Source of the DNA: Spizellomyces punctatus DAOM BR117
Lineage: Eukaryota
Direction: 5' to 3' (one strand)
Assembly: GCA_000182565.2 (NCBI GenBank)
Contig: KQ257456.1
Length of the DNA: 64,000 bases
Shown: positions 58,722 to 64,000 of the stretch, piece after piece
Layout: each line of letters starts with the position of its first letter
Position numbering within the stretch: the stretch's first letter is position 1
Notes under the pieces: model-generated
Databases searched by the model: none
What the model was told of the DNA's origin: nothing
What the model saw: the letters and a program-made list of their open reading frames with translations, nothing else
Made by a program: the position numbers and the translations under genes

Positions 58722-59387
58722 AGTCTGAGGGGAGGACCCCTCAGCATGTCTATTAGCATTGCGTGGGCCCAGATGGAGATGTCCCGACCTGAGGGGGCTG
58801 CTATTTTCTGATTGACCCATAGCTGCCAACTTCCAGTATTGGTTAACGAAGAGCTGCGTATACAAGAGTACCCTTGTACAAAAAGGGATCAGCTTATACA
58901 TATAAATGGAACAATAGGAACGAAAGGAATGATTTGTTCGACGAACACGGATCAAAAATAGCAACTTGGACAAATCGTCCCGGTGGACATCAGCTTCAAC
59001 TGCATCTAAAAATAGGCCTACATATTCGGAGAGCGTACCAGGTAGCTGGGACCCCCTGTTTTCCAGCTGCTTCTTTTTGACACCCATCCACACACACTGC
59101 CTTCCCAATGATTTGCAATATATACACCGGTTTCCTTCCATAAAGTCTGAGCATAGCCGGCATCCCCCTTTGTTTGCGCCTTTTTTAAGGTCATGCATCC
59201 GACGTTATTCTGTTCAATTTAGACATACTCCTACTTTCTGCTATCAAACGTACGCGGGCGCACGTATCTTACGCACATCAATAAAGGCGTTTGTCGACGG
59301 AGTGCGCGCAGTTATCTCTTTGCACGTAAACCCATCCTCAGCTTTGTAAGCACCCGTTGCGCACGCGCGCGAAAAACACTATCCTCC

Positions 59388-61282
59388 ATGGGGAATACCT
59401 GCCGCAAAGCCGAAGTACAACCAGAGAAGGGATATAGAAAGGTGACGCTGGATGATTTCGTCGTCCAACGAGCGATTGGGAAGGGAGCTTTTGGAAAGGT
59501 AGGATTTTCGGACGATGCACGATGATGAAAAAAACTTGTGAACGACCATGTTTAATCTAATGCGAAAATGCCCCCCAATTTGTAGGTCTCGATAATCCAA
59601 AAGAAAAAAGGCGGCCAGCAGTTTGCGCTAAAATATATCAATAAATCAAAATGCATAGCGGAGAAGGCGGTGCATCACATCATACAGGAACGAAACTTGC
59701 TGGAAGAAGTCAAGCATCCCTTCATTTGCAACCTTCGATATTCATTCCAAGATGCGGAGAATCTATACATGGCATTGGATCTCATGACGGGTGGAGATTT
59801 GAGATTTCATTTGGGAAAGCCGATGAAAGAGGCAGCCTGTAAAGTTATCCTAGCAGAAGTTGCCAGCGCCTTGGACTTTTTGCATGGGCATCGGATAGTG
59901 CATAGGGATGTTAAACCAGATGTAAGCACCCGAGTCGACTGTTGGATCAGTTCATGTGGGAAAGACAACTGACTGACTGTCGTCATGCTTCTTTTTTGCC
60001 TTCAGAACATCTTACTAGACGAAAATGGCCATGCTTATCTGACGGATTTCAATATAGCTGTCAAATTCCGGGAAGAAAAGCCATTAAAGTCAGTCGCTGG
60101 GACAGAGCCCTACATGGCACCCGAGCTCTTGCTAGGTGGTGGATACTTTGCTACCGTTGACTGGTGGTCCTTTGGGGTTATGGCCTACGAGCTGATGTTG
60201 GGCGAACGTCCTTTCCGCGGCAAACACAAGCGCGATCTCATCAAAAAAGGGGACTGGAAGTTCCCAAATCCATCCACATCATCATCCGATATATTAACGA
60301 ATCCTTCCAAAAATCAAAAGCAGCATCACCACCAACCTCGATACCCTCGCATAACAGACGTCAGTAAATCCTTCATATCCGGCTTGATGACTGTTGATAT
60401 ACATAACAGGCTTGGTTGTGGTGAGGAAGGAAGAGAAGCGTTACGAGAACATGCGTTTTTCTCAGACATTGCATGGGATAAACTACTGCGACGGGAGATT
60501 GCACCCGCCTTCGTCCCGCCAAAGAATAAAGCAAACTTTGACGCAACGCACGACTTGGAGGAGATTCTACTTAACGATAACCCTCTGGGCTCAAAGTCAA
60601 GACATAAGAAGATGGATCCTGGAGCATTATCCCCTGAGATGATGATGATAGAACGACAATTCTTGGTGTGTATCTGTTCCTGCACACTTTGATGGTGTAT
60701 GCGAATACCTAACCGGTTTGCACTCTGCAGTATTATGACTATACACACCCGGAATTCATCGATTCACAAGACACAGGCGGATCACCTATAGCTAGTATGG
60801 ATTTGGCCAAGCTACGCGAAAGTTGCATATCAATGGATGCGGGACTTCAAGGCTCACGTTCAATGTCCGTCATCAATAGTTCACGAAGTCAACAATTTCC
60901 GCACTCAGCTTCTCTATCTCAGGCGGATTCAGCAAGTGGCCAAGGAAACGCCTCAGCACCTTTTATGTTCCGCCGTGCCGCTAGCGCCATAACCGACGAC
61001 ACAAATCGATTCGGACTACAAGGACCCGGTCCAAAAGAAGTGTTGAGAAGTCGAGCATTGTCTCAAGGGCGGAGAGAAGATGTTGCACCAGTCAGCGGGA
61101 CAAGTCCAGGAATAATCAGAGGAAATTCAGCAGGAGTGTTGATGTCAGCAGTAAATGCCCCGCCAGTACCAGCAATACCACCAATGGCAAACACCGGCTC
61201 GCAAAAGATGCTATTAGAAGAGACGAACCAGGCGCTAAAGTTAGGAATAGACAAGACGGCGCCTGTAGAGATTTCGGCATAG
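59388..61282 (+). CDS. AGC Ser/Thr kinase, YANK/STK32 family
   Basis: MGNTC (possible myristoylation), GKGAFGKV, HPFICNLRYSFQD, HRDVKPD, DFNIA in place of DFG, NFDATHDLEEILL. Confidence 0.9.
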
Positions 61283-61598
61283 CGTGAAATCAAAGTCTTG
61301 CAAAGTTTGTGATACTCTCTTTCTGGTTGTGGGTGCGGGGGAGTTTGGCGAGTAGACGCTGTATACCAAATGGTAGAGATAATACCATCTTTGTACAAAT
61401 TAGGCGAAAATAAGGTCTAATAAGTCGGTCCACACGCAAAGAGAGCTGTCAACAATTCATTGAGCATCAACTTCTTGATTTTTAACAATGTGATATTACC
61501 CTCTACATGAATCTATCTACCGTTCTAGCGAATATAAATAACTAAAACATCTGCGAACTTTCTGACAGATGCTATGCTACTCTAAACTATATGCGACA

Positions 61599-64000
61599 CT
61601 AACGATCCCTACTACGATGGAAATCCCCTCTATGTCCACCATGTCCTCCACGGTGGCCTCGGCCACGACCTCTACCACGACCTCGACCACGACCTCGTCC
61701 GCCTCGCCGACTGCCGCCATCTTGCTTTCCTTCACCGCCACCACCACCACCGGATAAATCTGCCGCACGTTCCAGCTCCCCTTCTTCGAGATCCGGAGAT
61801 TCCTCCTGGGCGGCAGGATACAGCTTTTCAAGAGGACCAAAATATTTTGCCATTCTTCTCATTTGCCCAATTTTGATTGCCATCATATCAAATGCGACGC
61901 CTACAGAGCTTTTGCGTTGTTCTTGATCTGCAGCTGGCCAAGCGCTGAAATTCAAAGAGGGCATCTTGGGGTATCTTTGGGAAAAATGAGTGAGGAGAAT
62001 CCACTTCGCCCTCATTCTGCCGCCAACAATGACCGCTTCTTGGGTGGTTGAGTGCCGTTTGTCCTGTGCCTCGCGGGAACCGGTAGGATCATCCTCAAAC
62101 GTAGCTTCGTGAATGAGCACATCAGCATCACCTCCGACTGTCATAAGATCCAGGTTTGGTCGACAGTCGCCAGAATAAACAATCTTGTAGCCAGATTGAT
62201 GAGCCAGTGAAACAGCATACGAGTAGTGGGAATGGTGAACTTGAACAGTTTCGATGGCACTGAGGCCCAAATCTTCCTTCAATCTGCACATACGGAGCGG
62301 CCATTAGATCATATTCAATTACATCGTTATCTATTCATAACCCATGCCGAGCTGACTCACCTATCAAGAACGGTACTGGATGTGGAGGCTTTCGGCAAAA
62401 GATCATGACAGGGGAGAAATGTGATTTGATCCCCCGCGAGACCGAGAGGTTCACAATCGTCAAATTCGTCCAGCCAGATCCTGTACTGCGGAGGTCCCAC
62501 GATACAGATGGTAGGAGCCGGTTTGCCTGCTTTATCAAAGAGCTAGTTCGTGTGCACCGAATCAGCGATCTAAACGGTGATCCCATTGTTTAACTGCAAC
62601 GGAAGACTCACTTTCTTTCTCTCTAGTAATACTTTGAAAGCACCCAGATGATGATCGGCATGCATATGCGAGATGAACAGAAACTTGAGATTGGTCAGCA
62701 CGTCTTCCAAGGAGGGCCCGTCAGCCCCCTTGAAACGTCTATAAAGCTGTCCATAGGTCCCCTCGCCAGCGTCGAAAAGAATAGAGCCATGGCTCGGTGT
62801 GTATACGAGAGTGGAGCTCACTGTAGCCACAAAACTGTATCAATATGGACTCGACAGCTGAGATGCGTAAGCATCAAAGAGAGACGAACCGTTCCTATAC
62901 CGCGACGGCAAAGCGGCGCCAGTGCCCAGTGTACACACTAATACATCATCTCCTGGCTTTCTGGTGTTTTCTGCCTCGGCAGCTGAGGCGAGTATTTCCT
63001 CTCGCAGGCGCTTTGCCTCCACTTGATATTCCAGAAGACGCGGCTTGTCGAGGGTGGCCAATACCTTGCCGTTGGGATCCTTATGATCCCACGGAGTTTT
63101 TTGTTCGCTGACATCTACCTTCCTGTGGGGCTCCATTTGGTAGATGAGTAGGTTGTTCGCCGCCATGGTCCGAGGGGGAAGGCCTTCTTTTAGAGTGCGT
63201 AATGATTTCAGCATGTTGAAGTGAGAACAATATCGTTCAAACGATGGCCTACCATGGTTCAAGCTGATTGACTCGTTGTCGTAAAACGGAATGCGGAACA
63301 CATCAGGGTCCAGCAAATTTAAGCGGTGTTGACTGGTTGCACTCCCTCTAAAGATGATGGGCTTCGCGCAATGTTTCCCACTGATGATAATGTGCTACAA
63401 AACGAATATTATCTATCACGTCAGAGATAATTATGCATACTATCCGCTTGACAAACATCCCGTACCTGAGTAGTTTCCCCAAAGTTGTTCATCCAAGATC
63501 TATACGCTGCATTTTCTAAAACATCATCTCCCAACATGTGGACTATCACGGCCACCGGGTTGTTCGTCAGACTTGCGTAGTGAGGGACAAATCGGGGGTT
63601 GTTGACCAAGGTGCCGATATAATCTGCAGAGGGACAGTCGATAATGAAGAATACCTACAGGGTATCATATTAGCTATAAAAGTGAGTCCATCAGGACAGA
63701 ACATATCGTACCGAGCCCGGTCTGTCAGGTCCCATGCACTGATGAGGATCAACCCGTTCCCCTTTGTCATTCAGAAACGAGTCTCCCCGATGCAGAGTTC
63801 CTGTTGAATCACCATCCGATCTGTTAATGCTGTTCCCGATGGTCCGTACTAGGCACGTACATACCGAATTCTTTTGGCGGAACGCCCAAGGCGGTCGCCT
63901 TGTCAGGATCAAATTTGCCTCTGACCGGTGGCCCTTGGCATATGAAGCAAGTAACGGTCTTGCTAGGTATCGCCATTGGCAATCTCACTAATTTCGTGTG
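61599..64000 (-). CDS. TRZ1: tRNase Z long form (ELAC2/Trz1), 5' part outside the window
   Basis: LGTGAALPSRYRN, DAGEGT, SHMHADHHLG, YSGDCRP, IHEATF, THFSQRYPK; RG-rich C-terminal tail. Confidence 0.92.

Overview
Gene-dense eukaryotic DNA with many short GT-AG introns. Fungal genes (ChAPs/exomer, SUR1-type mannosyltransferase, low-MW thioredoxin reductase) occur together with flagellar/centriolar genes (IQUB, WRAP73), which points to a zoosporic (chytrid-type) fungus; this is inference. About 25 protein genes can be modelled by hand, so exon boundaries are approximate. They include IQUB, an ABC-class ATPase, a UBA-LRR PP1 regulator, a class II HMG-CoA reductase, calcineurin A, WRAP73, an HCF-like Kelch-FN3 protein, an RGS protein, an ABCC transporter, TRR1, a GPCR, a secreted metalloprotease, ribokinase, a WW protein, Hsp20, a Kunitz inhibitor, ChAPs, a YANK kinase and a partial tRNase Z. 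The best novelty candidate is a non-coding minus-strand unit at ~185-512. It has a TATA box, Pol III A- and B-boxes (the B-box inside a perfect tRNA T-arm) and three near-identical kink-turn hairpins capped by UUCG loops. Other highlights are a bacterial-type class II HMGR fused to a ~440-aa domain that resembles a catalytically dead prenyltransferase fold, a spliced BPTI/Kunitz inhibitor, and HCF-1-like and Kibra/MAGI-like proteins.
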